From: Octopus vulgaris
Taxonomy: Eukaryota
Direction: 5' to 3'
DNA: 64,000 bases
Assembly (NCBI GenBank): GCA_951406725.2
Contig: OX597823.1
Location: 65,658,001-65,722,000 of the forward strand
The notes under the pieces were generated by a model. The model was not told the DNA's origin. It worked only from the letters and a program-made list of their open reading frames with translations, and made no database searches. The position numbers and the translations under genes are program-made. Positions 14,608 to 29,399 of the stretch are shown here, piece after piece (the first letter of the stretch is position 1; every line of letters begins with the position of its first letter).

Positions 14608-15294
14608 ATGTTCAAGGCATTTACTGCAGTGATATCACAAAAGCTGAACAAGCACCTGGACGAAAACAAACTGTTCCCAGAAGAGCAGAAAGGATGCCGC
14701 AAAGGCTCATATGGCTGTAAAGATCAACTAATGTTTAATAAAGCCATAACTGAAGACAGCCACAGAAAGAAGAAAGGCCACAGTATGGCCTGGATTGACT
14801 ACAAAAAGGCGTTTGATAGCATCCCCCACACATGGATCCTCGAAACACCAGCCATTAACAAAGTAGCACCAACAATCATAAAATTCATAGAGCACTCTAT
14901 GAATAAATGGCAAACAGCCCTACACCTCCAAACAAAAGAGGGACTCATGAAAACCAAAGACATCCCCATTGGAAGAGGAATATTCCAGGGAGACACGCTC
15001 TCTCCACTCCTTTTCTGCTTGGCACTGTCACCGCTATCTGATATGCTAAATAGAACTGGATGCGGATATAAATGTTACGGCAAAACGATCAGCCACCTTT
15101 TATATATGGATGACCTAAAACTATACGCTGCAAATGACAAACAGCTGGAAACACTATTACAGACAGTTCATGGATTTACCAAAGAAATAGATATGAAATT
15201 TGGATTAGAAACATGCGCCAAAGTAACCATGAAAAGAGGAAAACTAGTTAAGAGTAACAACATCACACTAGATAAAACCAATGAAATAAAATAA
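14608..15294 (+). pseudogene. Reverse transcriptase domain of Dong-like element (frameshift upstream, premature stop)
   Basis: ORF track 228 aa with YMDD. The upstream segment 14026-14520 is in another frame with stops. Confidence 0.85.
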
Positions 15295-15524
15295 TTAGAC
15301 CAAAGCCAAACTTACAAATACTTAGGAATCCATGAACTAGAAAGAGAAAATAAAAAAAAGAATATTATAGACGAGTTAGATCAATACTAAACACAGAGCC
15401 CAATGCTAAAAACAAGATAATAGGTATCAACACTTTAGCTGTCCCAGTTATAAGTTACAGCTACAATATCCTTAACTGGACACGAAATGAACTGACCAAA
15501 ATAGATAGGAAAACAAGAAAAATA

Positions 15525-16646
15525 ATGACAGGATCTAGGATGCATCACCCAAAATCTGACATAGAAAGACTATATATACAACGTATAGAAGGTGGTAGAG
15601 GCCTTATACAGCTGGAAAACTACTATAAAATAACCACCATAGGACTGCAAAAATATCTACTTCAGAAGGAAGGAAAACTGATCCAAATAGCAGCAAAACA
15701 CGAGCAAAACAAAAAACTGTTCTCAGTATTTAAGGAAGCTGACAAATACAAACAAGAAATCATACCACCTAATAAACATGAAGAAGAAGAAGAAGATGGA
15801 GAAACAACAAAAGCTATAAAACAAGTGAAATCCAAACTAAAAATAGAACAGCAACGAACCATGATAAAACGATGGCAAGAAAAGCCCCTTCATGGTAAAT
15901 ACTGGACTAAACTAAACGCAAAAGAAATAGACAAAGAAAAATCCCAGCAATGGTTGAGAAGCTCAGGACTCAAAGCAGAAACAGAGGGATTTTTAATTGC
16001 AGCACAAGACCAAAGCCTCCCCACCAGAAATTACCAAAAACATGTAATGAAAAGAAATATTACAAGTAACTGCAGAATATGTGGAGATGGACAAGAAACA
16101 ATAAATCATAATATCTCTAGCTGCCCAGTCCTGGCTAAGAAGGAATATATTCACAGACATGACAAAGTTGGAACCTACATACATTGGAAGCTATGCCAAC
16201 ATTATGGAATAACAATAGAAAAAAGATGGTATAGGCACACACCAGAAAAGGTCACAGAAAACGAGAAAGCAACCATACTCTGGGATATGCCGATACACAC
16301 AGATAGAGAAATGAAGGCCAACAGACCAGATATAGTTGTCAGAGATCATGAAGAAAAAAAATGCTTCCTAATTGATGTATCAATACCGGCTGATGACAAC
16401 CTTTCTCTAAAAGAAATGGAGAAACTCTCAAAATACAAAGACCTGGAAATAGAGGTAACTAGAATGTGGAATCTGAAAACAGAAACAGAAACAAGTCCTA
16501 TCATAGTAGGTGCATTAGGCATGATAAAAAAATATTCAGACAAATACATAACAAAAACACCAGGACTTACAAACACATATAACATACAGAAAATTGCACT
16601 ACTAGGCACTGCACACATCCTACGCAGAACACTTTCCATACAATAA
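15525..16646 (+). CDS. C-terminal part of Dong-like ORF: thumb, zinc knuckle, PD-(D/E)xK endonuclease
   Basis: 373-aa open segment with GGRGL, CCHC, RHD and RPD..D..K motifs. Confidence 0.8.
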   Translation: MTGSRMHHPKSDIERLYIQRIEGGRGLIQLENYYKITTIGLQKYLLQKEGKLIQIAAKHEQNKKLFSVFKEADKYKQEIIPPNKHEEEEEDGETTKAIKQVKSKLKIEQQRTMIKRWQEKPLHGKYWTKLNAKEIDKEKSQQWLRSSGLKAETEGFLIAAQDQSLPTRNYQKHVMKRNITSNCRICGDGQETINHNISSCPVLAKKEYIHRHDKVGTYIHWKLCQHYGITIEKRWYRHTPEKVTENEKATILWDMPIHTDREMKANRPDIVVRDHEEKKCFLIDVSIPADDNLSLKEMEKLSKYKDLEIEVTRMWNLKTETETSPIIVGALGMIKKYSDKYITKTPGLTNTYNIQKIALLGTAHILRRTLSIQ

Positions 16647-16740
16647 CCATCAGAGCATCACAACAAATCACAGCACATACCCAAGGCACACAGAGCTGCG
16701 CTCGGTAGTGAAGTGAAAGCACGCTATAAAAATAAAACTA

Positions 16741-16841
<101 letters not shown>

Positions 16842-16886
16842 TAATAATAATGATAATAATTATTATAATTATAATAATAATAAATG

Positions 16887-17367
16887 CTTTGATGCAGTAT
16901 CGGTGGTTCTTATGATCTACTTCAATTATTCTGCTTAGTACTACAGATTTACTTGTCTGTTGTTTGACCTTCATTATTTCAGTATGTCCCTTAATGGCTG
17001 ACGATATGTGCATCTCTGATCCCGCGATGAAGTAGTGGGGATGCATCATAGCCATGTGTTGAGAGAAATTCTTTGGGGTTTCAACAATGCACCTCTTGGA
17101 ACATGAGTGTTTTATTCATCATCTTAAACCTTATTCACGGACATTTGAGCGTGATGGGCTACTCGAACTGAAGAAAATTCTAACTGGGCTCGACTTGCAA
17201 GGTCATGCGCTGTTTACCGTCTATACAATATCACCATGTCACGTACTTATGGTTGTGATGCATATGCCTGGTGTACCCTACTCAGACGGGTAGTCTTAAT
17301 GGGTGAACTGAGTTTCGTATATTTTACTCGAGTGACATATTGATGGCATGCACTGGTCTCTCACCCA
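16887..17367 (+). mobile_element. Third, more diverged copy of the ~500-bp TAA-associated repeat
   Basis: ctttgatgcagta... to ...gcatgcactggtctctcaccc aligns with 13212-13720. Flanked by (TAA)n. Confidence 0.75.
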
Positions 17368-17410
17368 ATAATACTAATACTAATAATGATGATGATGATG
17401 ATGATGAAGT

Positions 17411-17441
<31 letters not shown>

Positions 17442-18340
17442 AAGAATAATAACAACCAGAAGAATAACAATAATAATAATAACAATATTAATGATGATGA
17501 TGATGATGATAACAATAATAATAATCCAATGTACTATAGGCACAAACCATGACATGTTGGTGCTTAACGAGTCCTTATATTGTTGACTCCGAACGATTCG
17601 TGGGTAATTGAACGGAAGGCAAAACTGGAAGAAGTGCTCCTAAACTTTTTGTCCGGCGTTCAAGCGAATCTACCAACTCCCCAACAACAGCAATAAAACA
17701 ACAACAAAGTTAAAACAATAACGAGGCTCCGGCGTGGGTGTGTGAACCCCGCTATACTCTTTCACCACAACTTTCTCTAGCTCTTTTTTCCTACTCCTGC
17801 CACAAAGCAGAGGAACCATGGTGTAACCCACTATGGTGTAGTAAACTTTCAGACCCAAGTCTATATTGCGAATCCTCTGTATCCAATGATGGTACAGCTC
17901 TCCACCCGTTTCAAGCCACCGTTTACAGAATGAGGTTAACAACGTAGCTTTCGCGCCCGTGCAACCGACAGTCTATCGCGGGTGGTGGGTGGATCTTCAA
18001 GTTGCCGCACGCATTCTTTGTAGCTTAGAGTATGCTCGAATTAGAGATTATACTTTGTGGCTAATGACGTGAGTCCTGATTGGAAGAAGAACACAACAAC
18101 GACGGTGACAATTGCAGCAGCAGTAGTAGCAGCAACACTCAGCAACAGCAGCACCTCCCAGTGGTATCAGGCGTCAACGAAGAGCCCCCGACTACAACAA
18201 GATGACCAATGTTTTTTTCTCCAAGTTCTGTGGGCTCCCTAAGCCCTAAACCATCACCTTATCACCCTTACCCGTCTTGTCGCTTAACAACAACAACAAC
18301 AACAGCAACAACAGTACCAACAGCAGCAACTGCAGCAACG

Positions 18341-18394
<54 letters not shown>

Positions 18395-18624
18395 CATGAA
18401 GAGAAGATTGATGATGATGGTGATGATCATGATGATGATAATGGTGACGTCGATAGCGATGATGATAATGGTGTAGACAATTATGACAATGTTTAAATTG
18501 ATAAGATTTAATACTCGCTCGATGCCACAAATTATTGAAAGAGACATTCGAACACGTTCAATGTCTCCATTGATGTATGAATGTATGTGAGTGTGTATGA
18601 ATGTATGCACGAATGTTTCTATGA

Positions 18625-18683
<59 letters not shown>

Positions 18684-18715
18684 TGTAGAGGTAGGTACGT
18701 ACATATATGTTTATA

Positions 18716-18766
<51 letters not shown>

Positions 18767-19394
18767 ACATATATATGTATATATGTATATACATATTTAT
18801 AGATATGTATATATATAGATGTGTGTGTATGTGTTTTAATGTGTGCATCCATAACGCAAGTTAGGGTAATTTTCAACATGTTGAATGTTCATTCTCATTT
18901 GTTCTCTGAAAAAACTATTTGTAATTTCTTCTGACGTTTGGGAGATTAAAATACTGAAAAGTCTATTATTGAATCATTTCAAGTTTTGTAAACAATGTAT
19001 GGATATAATGAATTTTATTTCAGTCAATACAGGTGCAAATTTATTTCCATATTCTTCAGTGGTTCTTCTTTTAATTTCTTTCCTTTTTCTTATTCTGTTC
19101 CAACATAATTGAGTTGAGCAAGTCTATGCAATGAGTTAGCAAAAATAGTACAGAGTAAAATTAGAGAGCTTGAGTCAACAGCAACATGGGAATACCTACA
19201 TTAGAATTTCAAAAAATTCAAATAGCTACTGCAGAAAAGTAGACGGCAATATGTAAATCCATCACATGAATACATATCTGTACATATATATGTAAATATT
19301 TATGTAATTAAATTATACATATTCCTCTATGTATGTATTCATACATACATACATATATACATACATACATACATACATATATATATATATATAC

Positions 19395-19495
<101 letters not shown>

Positions 19496-19497
19496 CG

Positions 19498-19548
<51 letters not shown>

Positions 19549-19603
19549 ATGTATGTATGAATAAATACTTATGTTAGATTCTGTAAGTGTGTATATATAT
19601 ATA

Positions 19604-19643
<40 letters not shown>

Positions 19644-19920
19644 TGAATATTTGTACGTAAGTATATTGCAATTTGTAGACTTTGCGTTTGTCGTTTAGTA
19701 TGTTGTAATTTTGTATGTTTGTTTGTCTACCTTTTCTACTATTTATGTATCTCAGTAATTATATTCATATTTAAATTTACTTATTTCTATCTTGATCGAC
19801 CCCTTTCTTCAAATTAGCGATCAATCGAAAAGTTTTCTTGGCTCGTATTTAAACGTTTTCCATTTCTTACTCTTCTCTATCTCATTGAATACAGACACAT
19901 ACACGCACATGCACGCACAT

Positions 19921-19981
<61 letters not shown>

Positions 19982-19990
19982 CAGACACAG

Positions 19991-20029
<39 letters not shown>

Positions 20030-20303
20030 GATTTACAGACACAAACGCTTATATACACACACAGAGAACTTTTCAATTCATCTTAAAATATGCAGTCATT
20101 TGCATCTACGTAAGAAATTTTAAAATGTAATACTGGTGGCAAATCGACTTGAAGAGCAAAAAAAAACACTATAAGAAAGCATATTTAGAAAGTTATACCC
20201 ACACATTTACACATGCATTTTCCTGTGCAACAGCAACAACAACAGTAATGTTAATAATATAATGATAATAAAAATAGTAATAATCATAATACAACATATA
20301 ATA

Positions 20304-20354
<51 letters not shown>

Positions 20355-21714
20355 TACTACGACTACGACTACGACTCCTACACACGCATATACACTTGTA
20401 AATATGAGCGTAGAACATTTATGAATATGCATTCTTGCATTTTTTTTCAAGTTTTAAAGTTGATTTGCCGCCGGTTATCACATTCATACATATACTTTTA
20501 CGTTCTGAGACATGCTTGCTTTAAAGTAGCTGAAACACCCCAGCGCCCTTACTCATTCACGGATACAAACACGTACACTGAACTACATACGTAATAGACT
20601 CACACAAATATAGTTGTTGAAATTATATGATAGAAAAATAAAAATAAATTTTTCAATGCTTAATGTATATTATGTTCCCGATATATTTTCTTTCTATTCA
20701 TTTTTTTTTTCATAGACATATTTTTCGCTGAATTCATGTGAGGAGCTGTCGGAAAAGCCGTGGGCAGATTTGTTACAATATAGCATGTCAGTTTTCAGAT
20801 GAAAGGGTGTTTACTTGGATACAAGAGGTTAAGATTAATATATATTATAGAATTACCATTCATTCAAATGGATTATTCACACATAAAAAAAAAAAACTGT
20901 CAAATGGAGTCCTTGATATATAAAAGGATTAATTCAGTAGATTATATATATTCACCTAAATGTTGGCAATGATCAGAACATGATAAATACGAGCAAACAT
21001 CGATTCCTAACGTAGGCGGGATGTCTTAAATTTAATAAAGGCATTTACATAATTCCATCATATACAATGCATATCGCCCCTCTGATATCTCCTTTCAGAG
21101 ACTAGCTGTACTATTTAATCGAAGAGTTACAAGGGCCTTTGTTGATGTAAGATAGTTTAGTTTCTGAGTGGATTTTCTAAAAGCTTATATAAGTTTGGTG
21201 TATAGGGAACAAAATTCAAGAAAATTCCATCTCTAAAATTTACCATAACTATTATTTTCACTTTGAAATCGTTACGTAACGGTATTATATTTTTCTGATT
21301 CTATCACGTTTGTGCCAATTCATTGTCGGAGACATGACTTCACTGCGACTCATTTGAAGATAAAAGATGTGAATTTGTGGGTGAGTATGCTTGAAATGTA
21401 TAGCTCTATTATGCTACATAGCCTATGTCGTTGTTTGCACTTATGCTGAAGCCAGATGTATCATCTGAGTACGATTTTCTTATCGAAATGATGTCTTAAT
21501 CGGAACGTAGGATTTTCCTTTCGTTGTGCGTAGTGTTTCTTTTCTCTCTTTTATGGTATCAAAGCTGATAACGATTTTCTAATATCCAATGAATAGCGTC
21601 TAAGAAGCAGAAAGGTAAAATATTACCTCGAAATGGATAAATTTGGATTTATTTTTCTCCCCGATTTTATTTAACCATTTAATTGCTGTATAGCTATTTT
21701 TGAAATCCTAGAGA

Positions 21715-21865
21715 TTAATTGCAGCGTTAAGAAACACACAAAAACCGTTAGATTCAATTTAATTTTTCAAAATATTTTCCTCGCTTTGAGACCTCGACCT
21801 GTTCACTGACAAAACTTCGTGCACACGATCTCAGATCAGGTCACTTGCTATGCAAGTACATCAGG
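21715..21865. mobile_element. Rearranged (inverted-junction) fragment of the repeat at 32505-32712
   Basis: 21727-21822 is the reverse complement of ~32512-32620. 21823-21862 is same-strand to ~32668-32706. Confidence 0.65.
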
Positions 21866-22699
21866 AGATTAATTATTTTTCTTATATTATCTCTATATTT
21901 TTGCTAAATTATTTTCTTCTTGATTAGTCGTATCTGGGAGGTTATGAGGTTAGAATCCTGTATTTAATGCTTGGAGTTAAAATTTGTTCTTGTTTTGAGG
22001 TATAATAAATACTTTGTGTTTGGTTAGTGTTGCTAGTTTGGTATCTACTTTAAATCCAGTGCCATTACTTTTATTTCTTCAATATCACATTATAATGTCT
22101 ATTTTGGAATTCCTATAATTTTCGGTCATATTGTGTATCGGTGTAGTTGTTTGCGGATATTAATTTCATATTTCTTGTTGTTCTTAATTTTTATTAAAGG
22201 AATGTAATTATTAATAGAATGTTTAATATTAGTCTCGAATTTCAATTTATTTTGGAATGAGTCAATTTTCATGCAAAATTTAGCTTTTATAATGGCGGAT
22301 TCAAAGTTCCATAAACATTAACATTTGATGGCAGGTTACACGTTTCGATATCGCATTAGTATAGAGGGTCCTGCTGAACACCTAAGTTGCAAAACAGTCC
22401 ATTTTATCGAATGTCACTTATGGCGAAACTAAGTATGACCAAGTGAATTTCATGCATAAATTAGTTACAAGGTATTGTGATATATTAAATGAAAGAAGTA
22501 GCTTGTACAATTTTATTATCTCTGTTCAAGCAGAGCGCTTCATGTATATATACATATACACATACATACATACATACATACATACATACATACATACATA
22601 CATACATACATACATACATACATACATACATACATACATACGTTGGTAACAAAAAGCCTCTCGCTCAGAGTGAAAGGTAGACTGTATGATGCAAACAGC

Positions 22700-23627
22700 C
22701 ATGCTACACAACTGAAACATGGGCCATGACTGATGAGGACAAGCGTCGGCGTGAATGGAATGAAATTAGTAATATCCGCTGGATGTGTAATGTCAGTGTG
22801 CATACAAAGGTCTCTGTCTCTTGTCATTGCTTCTGTGAGGCCCAACGTTAAAAGATCGTACTTCGCCACCTCATCTCATCTCACCCTGGGAGCTTATACT
22901 CTGTCGTATATAAGTTCCCTGAGAGTAAAGACAGAGTATAAGCTCCCTGAGAGAAAAGTTGGATGTAAGAAGCATCAGAGATGGTGTGCAAGAGAGACGA
23001 CTGTTCTGGTATGGTCATATGCTGCATATGGATGAGAAGAGTTGTGTAAAGAAATGTCACACTTCAACAGTGGAAGGAACCTGTGTGAGAGGTAGACCCA
23101 GGGAGAGATGGGATGAGGTGGTGAAGTATGATCTTTTAACCTTGGGACTCACAGAATCAATGACAAGAGACAGAGGCCTTTGGAGGTATGCTGTGATTGA
23201 GAAGACCGGCAATTAAAGTGAGATCGCAGTTGTGGCCAATAGCAGTGTCGCATATCCAAACCATTTAAAAGTAACCTTGAATCTCCGGGTGAAACACTGT
23301 GCTTGAGAAGCCCTGTTGTGTCGTGTGAAATCGTAGTTGTGGCCGATACCATTGCCGTCTGACTGACTAGCTCCCTCTGTCGGTGGCATGTAAAATGCAC
23401 CATCCGAACGTGGTCGATGCCAGTGCCCCACGACTGGTCGATGCCAGCGCGGCTTACTGTCTCCTGTGGTAGTGGCTCGTAAAAAACACCCTTTACACTC
23501 GCAGAGTGGTTGGTGTTAGGAAGGGCATCCAGCTGTTGAAAATTTGCCAGATCAGAATAGAGCCTCAGTCAAACCCATGCCATCATAGAAAACGGAAGTT
23601 AAACAAGGGTGATGATGATGATGATGA
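22700..23627 (+). mobile_element. RTE-clade LINE 3' end with 3' UTR and (GAT)n tail; internal inverted fragment at 22808-22890
   Basis: IRWMCNVS, VQERRLFWYGHMLHMDE..VEGTCVRGRPRERWDEVVKYDL. The minus strand at 22808-22890 repeats WDEVAKYDLLTLGLTEAMTRDR. Confidence 0.8.
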
Positions 23628-23637
23628 TATATATATG

Positions 23638-23688
<51 letters not shown>

Positions 23689-25836
23689 TGTATGCATGTA
23701 ATGACAGCACGTTCTCACACATACTCACATGTAGATAGAACTTTCGTATTTCTGTATGATTTTCTTTGTGCGTGTTTTATGACCTCTATTACATATACAC
23801 AAAATTTGCTTTGAGGTATTAGGTGAGGTGAACATTACCTTTTGAACAATGTTTCAATTTTCTGTTTTACCTAAACATTTGTAACATTTTGTTGCTACTC
23901 TTACATATGTTTTTTTTATTACCCTACATTACCGAGCTCTATTAACGTTTAAAGATCTTCCCTGTCTTATATTCTTTATATCATAACAGCAGAGCCACCT
24001 GCCATTGTCACTTCAAAGTTTATTGTTGGTCGGTGAAAATCATGAGACTGATATATCTGCTTTTCGTTCGTTATTGTTAGGAATTTATTGACAGTTGATA
24101 TCAGGTTTATTTTAGAAAGTCGCTATTATTTTCAACTCGAGTGTTACATTATATATGAATGTAATTATCAGTTCTACTTTTGGTTTGGAAGTTTTACGTA
24201 GCATATCAGTGTTATCAGCTGCGAATTTGAACATAGAAGCAGCATACCTAACTTTCAACAGAGTCGATACACACTCGTAGGAAATTGAACAAATTGAGAA
24301 ATGTCAAGAAATAGTCAGGGACCTAAAGAAACTGTCGAAGGCTAAGACAACAATTATTCCTGTGGCATTTGATACACTTCACAAAAGACTCGAAAGATTT
24401 TGGGGATTTGAGCAGACTTCTGGTCAACAATCATCATGATATCATTCCTGATCATCATGATATCATTTGGCATGCACTAGCTTGATAATAAGAATCTAAA
24501 ACGCTAATCAGCCCAATCCAACATGTTCTATATAAATGCTGTTTAGAAGTAATATAATGGAGTCGTATAATATATGTTCATATGTTTATCAGAGAAGTAC
24601 GTAGAGCATTTAACAAACATACCCTTTTAATTTTCTATTTTGTAAGATGTTTCACTAACGTCATTGTGCATAAATAATACAAAATATACTAGAGGGTTTG
24701 TATAGTTATTTTTAATTCCTCAGATGTTACCAAAACATCTTAAATGATCTCCTATTGTGATTCATAACCATTATTCCTCCTTGTACATATTCTATCTTAT
24801 GTGCCATATGTGAGTAACATCATGAGTAGGTACTGACAAGAAGGTTCAGTGACATGTGGTAACAATTCTATCAGTAGTTCAGTATAAAAGTGAAATATGC
24901 GATATATCGCCCAGGAGGAAAGGAAACTTCCACAAGCGATATCTACAAAAGTTCCTCAAAATCACCACAGCAGATAGAGTGACTTCCACAATGAAATTCG
25001 AAGGCACAAGGAAAGATTGAAGCACTACATCGCTTTTTTTTAGCCAGCTCATCAACCAGATTGCAAAGAATGAAATGTCTCTGACACAGGGTGAAGGAAA
25101 ACGGTAAAGTCCAATGGATATTTCAAGAGTTTATGAAACCAGGCGAAACCATGTGAACAGAAGCGGATACAAATCTGGCCCATCAATCAGGCTTGCTGCT
25201 TTAAACATTCCCACAAAGTAGGAGGATTTGAATAATCCGCGTTTAGGCTTTGTCATGTGTTTTCCCAAAAGCGTTTGGAACAGTTGAAGGTGATATATTT
25301 TAATGATGGTTGTTGATGTTTCACCATAAATGTATGATTACCTAAGCAGAATTCTTATGAAAACTGATAGATCTATGATCATTAGACCTTCGAAACGATC
25401 ACATTATGCATACGTGATCGTTTTGAAGACATGATTTCGTATCCTAGTAGCTTAGGGAGTGACTAGGTAAAGGTTTCCCGAGATATAAGACTAGGATAAG
25501 AAAAATCGTGTGCTCTTGATTATATATTTCATACTATAGTTTTGTTGACACCGAATAATTAATACAAATAATTTAGTAGATCGAACTAACATGTTTGAAT
25601 GACGCAATAGAAGAGGCAAAGCATTTGGCAAACAAAAGACAATATATAGATATATATTCTCTCTTTATTGAGTAAAATAGTCCTGATAAATAAACACATC
25701 AAACGCTTACCTGCAAGTCAATACATTAGGAACAAACTAGTATTAATAATGTATTATACCTGAAATCTTGAAAGATTCCTCCTCAAACAACCACAAATCA
25801 ATAAGTTACAAATAATTTAAACGCTGTCATTCAAAA

Positions 25837-25919
25837 AATTTTATCTCTGATGATGGAATACACAGTGTATGTTGACCCATCATCTGGGATATTCCAGAAA
25901 CAGCTGTAAGACATGAATT
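25837..25919 (+). ncRNA. Type I hammerhead ribozyme (solitary, Penelope-type)
   Basis: CTGATGA 25847-25853; stem II tggaata/tattcca; GAAA 25897-25900; palindromic stem III acagctgt; GUA; imperfect stem I aattttatct/agacatgaatt. Confidence 0.75.
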
Positions 25920-26270
25920 ACTTATATTTCTCCATTTTTTATTCACCTTAATCTAATAAAAATATTTTAAATTACCCGCCCTGCCTTGGATTTGTTTTCC
26001 CTTTTCCTTTAATACACACACAGAGAGGCACACACAAACACACACACACACACATAAACACACACACACACACAAATATATCCATTCTTTGTGCGTAACT
26101 ATCTATCTCTACATATGCATATGCATATACATTGCATATATATATATATATATATATGTACATATAAATATAAATATGTAAGTACAATTCTACACACATA
26201 TATGTTTGTATATACGTGTGTGCTCATGCGTGCGTGTGTGTGTGTGTCTGTATGTGCGTGCATATGTATA

Positions 26271-26321
<51 letters not shown>

Positions 26322-26467
26322 GAGAAAGAAGCAACAAGAATGGATTGGTTTTTAGTACAATTGTTTCATACAAAGACAGGCTTTATTACAAGTTGCAAAA
26401 ATTGCAGCATATAAAAGTGTCCCGTACTCATCAGCTAAAATACATTTGAGTTCTCTAGACATATATA

Positions 26468-26705
26468 TACTTATTTCACATTGCTCCAGTTCACTCAGCT
26501 GTAGAAATGAGTTGCGACGTCACTGGTGCGAAGCTGTATCGACCTTTGTCTTTCCCTTGGATAACACTAGTGGCGTGGACAGGGGAGGCTGGTATGCATG
26601 GGCGACTGCTGGTCTTCCATAAACAACCTTGCCCGGACTTGTGTCTAGGAGGGTAACTTTTTAGGTGCAATCCCATGGTCATTCATGACCGAAGGGGGTC
26701 TTTGA
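26468..26705 (+). mobile_element. SINE 3' portion (family of 12604)
   Basis: ttatttcacattgctccagt..cagctgtagaaatga is shared with 12705-12748. Confidence 0.65.
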
Positions 26706-26971
26706 TATATATATATATATGTATATATAACTGTACACACACACAGAAACAGACGCATATATTGAGGTATTCGTGTATATATACTAACGATTGAATGACA
26801 AGCAAACAAGAATTACTTGAATTTCATTAGATTACAGCTAGTTCTAAAATACAAACTAGTGGACTCAGGTTCTTGTGCAACAACTTTTGACTTCACAAAA
26901 AGCATTAAAAGTAAGCGTGTATTTCTTTTAGAAAGCATATTTTAAATACATAGAAATGATCACAGATGGAA

Positions 26972-27024
<53 letters not shown>

Positions 27025-27489
27025 AAGATAATGTAATACGGTTTGAGACTGATAAGCCACACGGCAAGACATATGTGGATTTAGATAAACATATATTTAT
27101 TCCGATAGGCATAAAACTCGTCATACACATTATGAAATATATATATATAAATATGTTAATACACATATATTCACAAACACGTATAATTGTTTATAATGTT
27201 CGTGTATATTTCTGAGTGTTTGTGAGTGTGTATGTGTGTGTGTGTTTGTGTATACGTGTATATACATCAGATGAATTTTAAGCAGAATTACAGAATGACA
27301 AGAAGACATCATTGAAAAATTAGTGACGGAAAGACTCAAATTTGCTTGAGGATATATATATGAAATCTACCAAGTATAGATTTCGATAAAGTAAAATAAA
27401 AAAGATTAAACTATGAAATATATAGTTACATAATTAGATTAGTAAGAAATCTGTCTTTCTCTCTCTCTCTCACTCTCTCTCTCTCTCTA

Positions 27490-27520
<31 letters not shown>

Positions 27521-27718
27521 GTATATGCACATACATATGTATATGTATATATATACATATACACATGTCTATACATTTATATAACATCGTTTACCAAACG
27601 TTATCACATATATTCATAATATTTACCTAAGGTTTTAATTCCTTCATACGTATACATAGAAACATTCATACATACACATATACATGCGCGTATATCTATG
27701 CATACACATACGTATATA

Positions 27719-27770
<52 letters not shown>

Positions 27771-27834
27771 TAAGACCTACTTGGCAATATATGTATGTAT
27801 ACATACAAACGTATATATAGAGTTAAACACATTT

Positions 27835-27874
27835 GAAATCTGATGAGTACACAATGCATGAAAGCGCTAATTTT
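27835..27874 (+). ncRNA. Minimal type I hammerhead motif
   Basis: gaaat-CTGATGA-gtac acaat gcat-GAAA-gcgc-TA-atttt; palindromic stem III agcgct; one mismatch in stem II. Confidence 0.55.
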
Positions 27875-27961
27875 GTTAAACTACCATAAGAAACGTGAAA
27901 ACCAGACCGTATTTTAACTTTATTCAACTGATGTATATATATATACTTAGTCATATTCGTG

Positions 27962-27993
<32 letters not shown>

Positions 27994-28042
27994 TATACAT
28001 AAATATATATATATATACATATATACACACATATATATATAT

Positions 28043-28085
<43 letters not shown>

Positions 28086-28097
28086 CATATACATACC

Positions 28098-28141
<44 letters not shown>

Positions 28142-28145
28142 GGTA

Positions 28146-28177
<32 letters not shown>

Positions 28178-29399
28178 CATATATTTCAAATGTTTAAATT
28201 GTGTAATTTTTATTTCTCAGTTCAGCCATTTTTATTCCCACCTCTTCGAAACTTATCCCTCTTGGATTTTATTTCCACCCTCAAGCAATTGCTCGATTTC
28301 TTTAGACTTCCCTTCACTAACTTTTCAATGATATCTTCTTGTCACTCTCTAATTCTCTTTTCAAATCTTCGTAATCCACGCTATAAATAAACATTATTTT
28401 CCTTCCTAATTACAATTAATCGTGATATGCCACCTCATATCTAAAGTGTACTGTGCTTCCCCTAGGTAACTTGCATGTTTCCTCTCATCTTTTATTTGGT
28501 TTTTAACTGAATTTATTTTAATTTCATGATTACACATAATTCTTAACAGTCATATATACTAGCACATGGAATCACTTGTTTATGATCACTATAAACATCC
28601 AATATTTTATCTTTCCACCACATATAATACAGCGCATTTTTCCATTGCACCAACGGCCAACTAATTAAATTGTTTAATCATTCATAATTTATGTTCGATT
28701 AGAAAATCTTTTGCCTGAAGCTTATACCTAACGAAAGACATTAACGCGTCTAAATTTACTTCGAATACGTTTTGTTTTAATTTCTATCAACATTAATCTC
28801 TCATATAATGCGTACCGATCTTATTCCTTACTAAACAAGGGCTTTTCGCAAACACCGCTTTTGTTTTAACTTGTTGAGTCAGGTTTTCCACGGCACCACA
28901 AAATGTTTCAGACATAATTTTAACATATTACGTAAAATTAATTTTTCCCTTTCCATTATATATATGTGTGTGTGTGTATGTATACATGCATATATATCTA
29001 GGTGTGTATGTATGAGTGTAGTGTGTGTGTATTTGTATATATATATATATATATATAAAATAATTTTTCGATCAATCTTTCGATTCCGCACATTAGGATA
29101 AATTTTGTCTCCGTTTTCGATTTCCATTCACACTACAACCTGTTTATTAATATTTCCCTGCATTATATTTTCTGCTATGTGACTACCATTCGTTCGGAAT
29201 GAAAAAGTTTGCAATTTATAGTAGTGCCTCTACGAAAAGAATATTAACTAGTTAGAACAGAAAAGCAGCTTTGAGCTTTAGGGAGAATGTGCGAAAGATA
29301 TACAGTGATATAGTTATGAAGATCTTAGAAAGTCTACCCTTGAAGATGGACCTGAAAGTTATACTAAAAACCGAACGGGACGGCACTCCATAGTAACAA

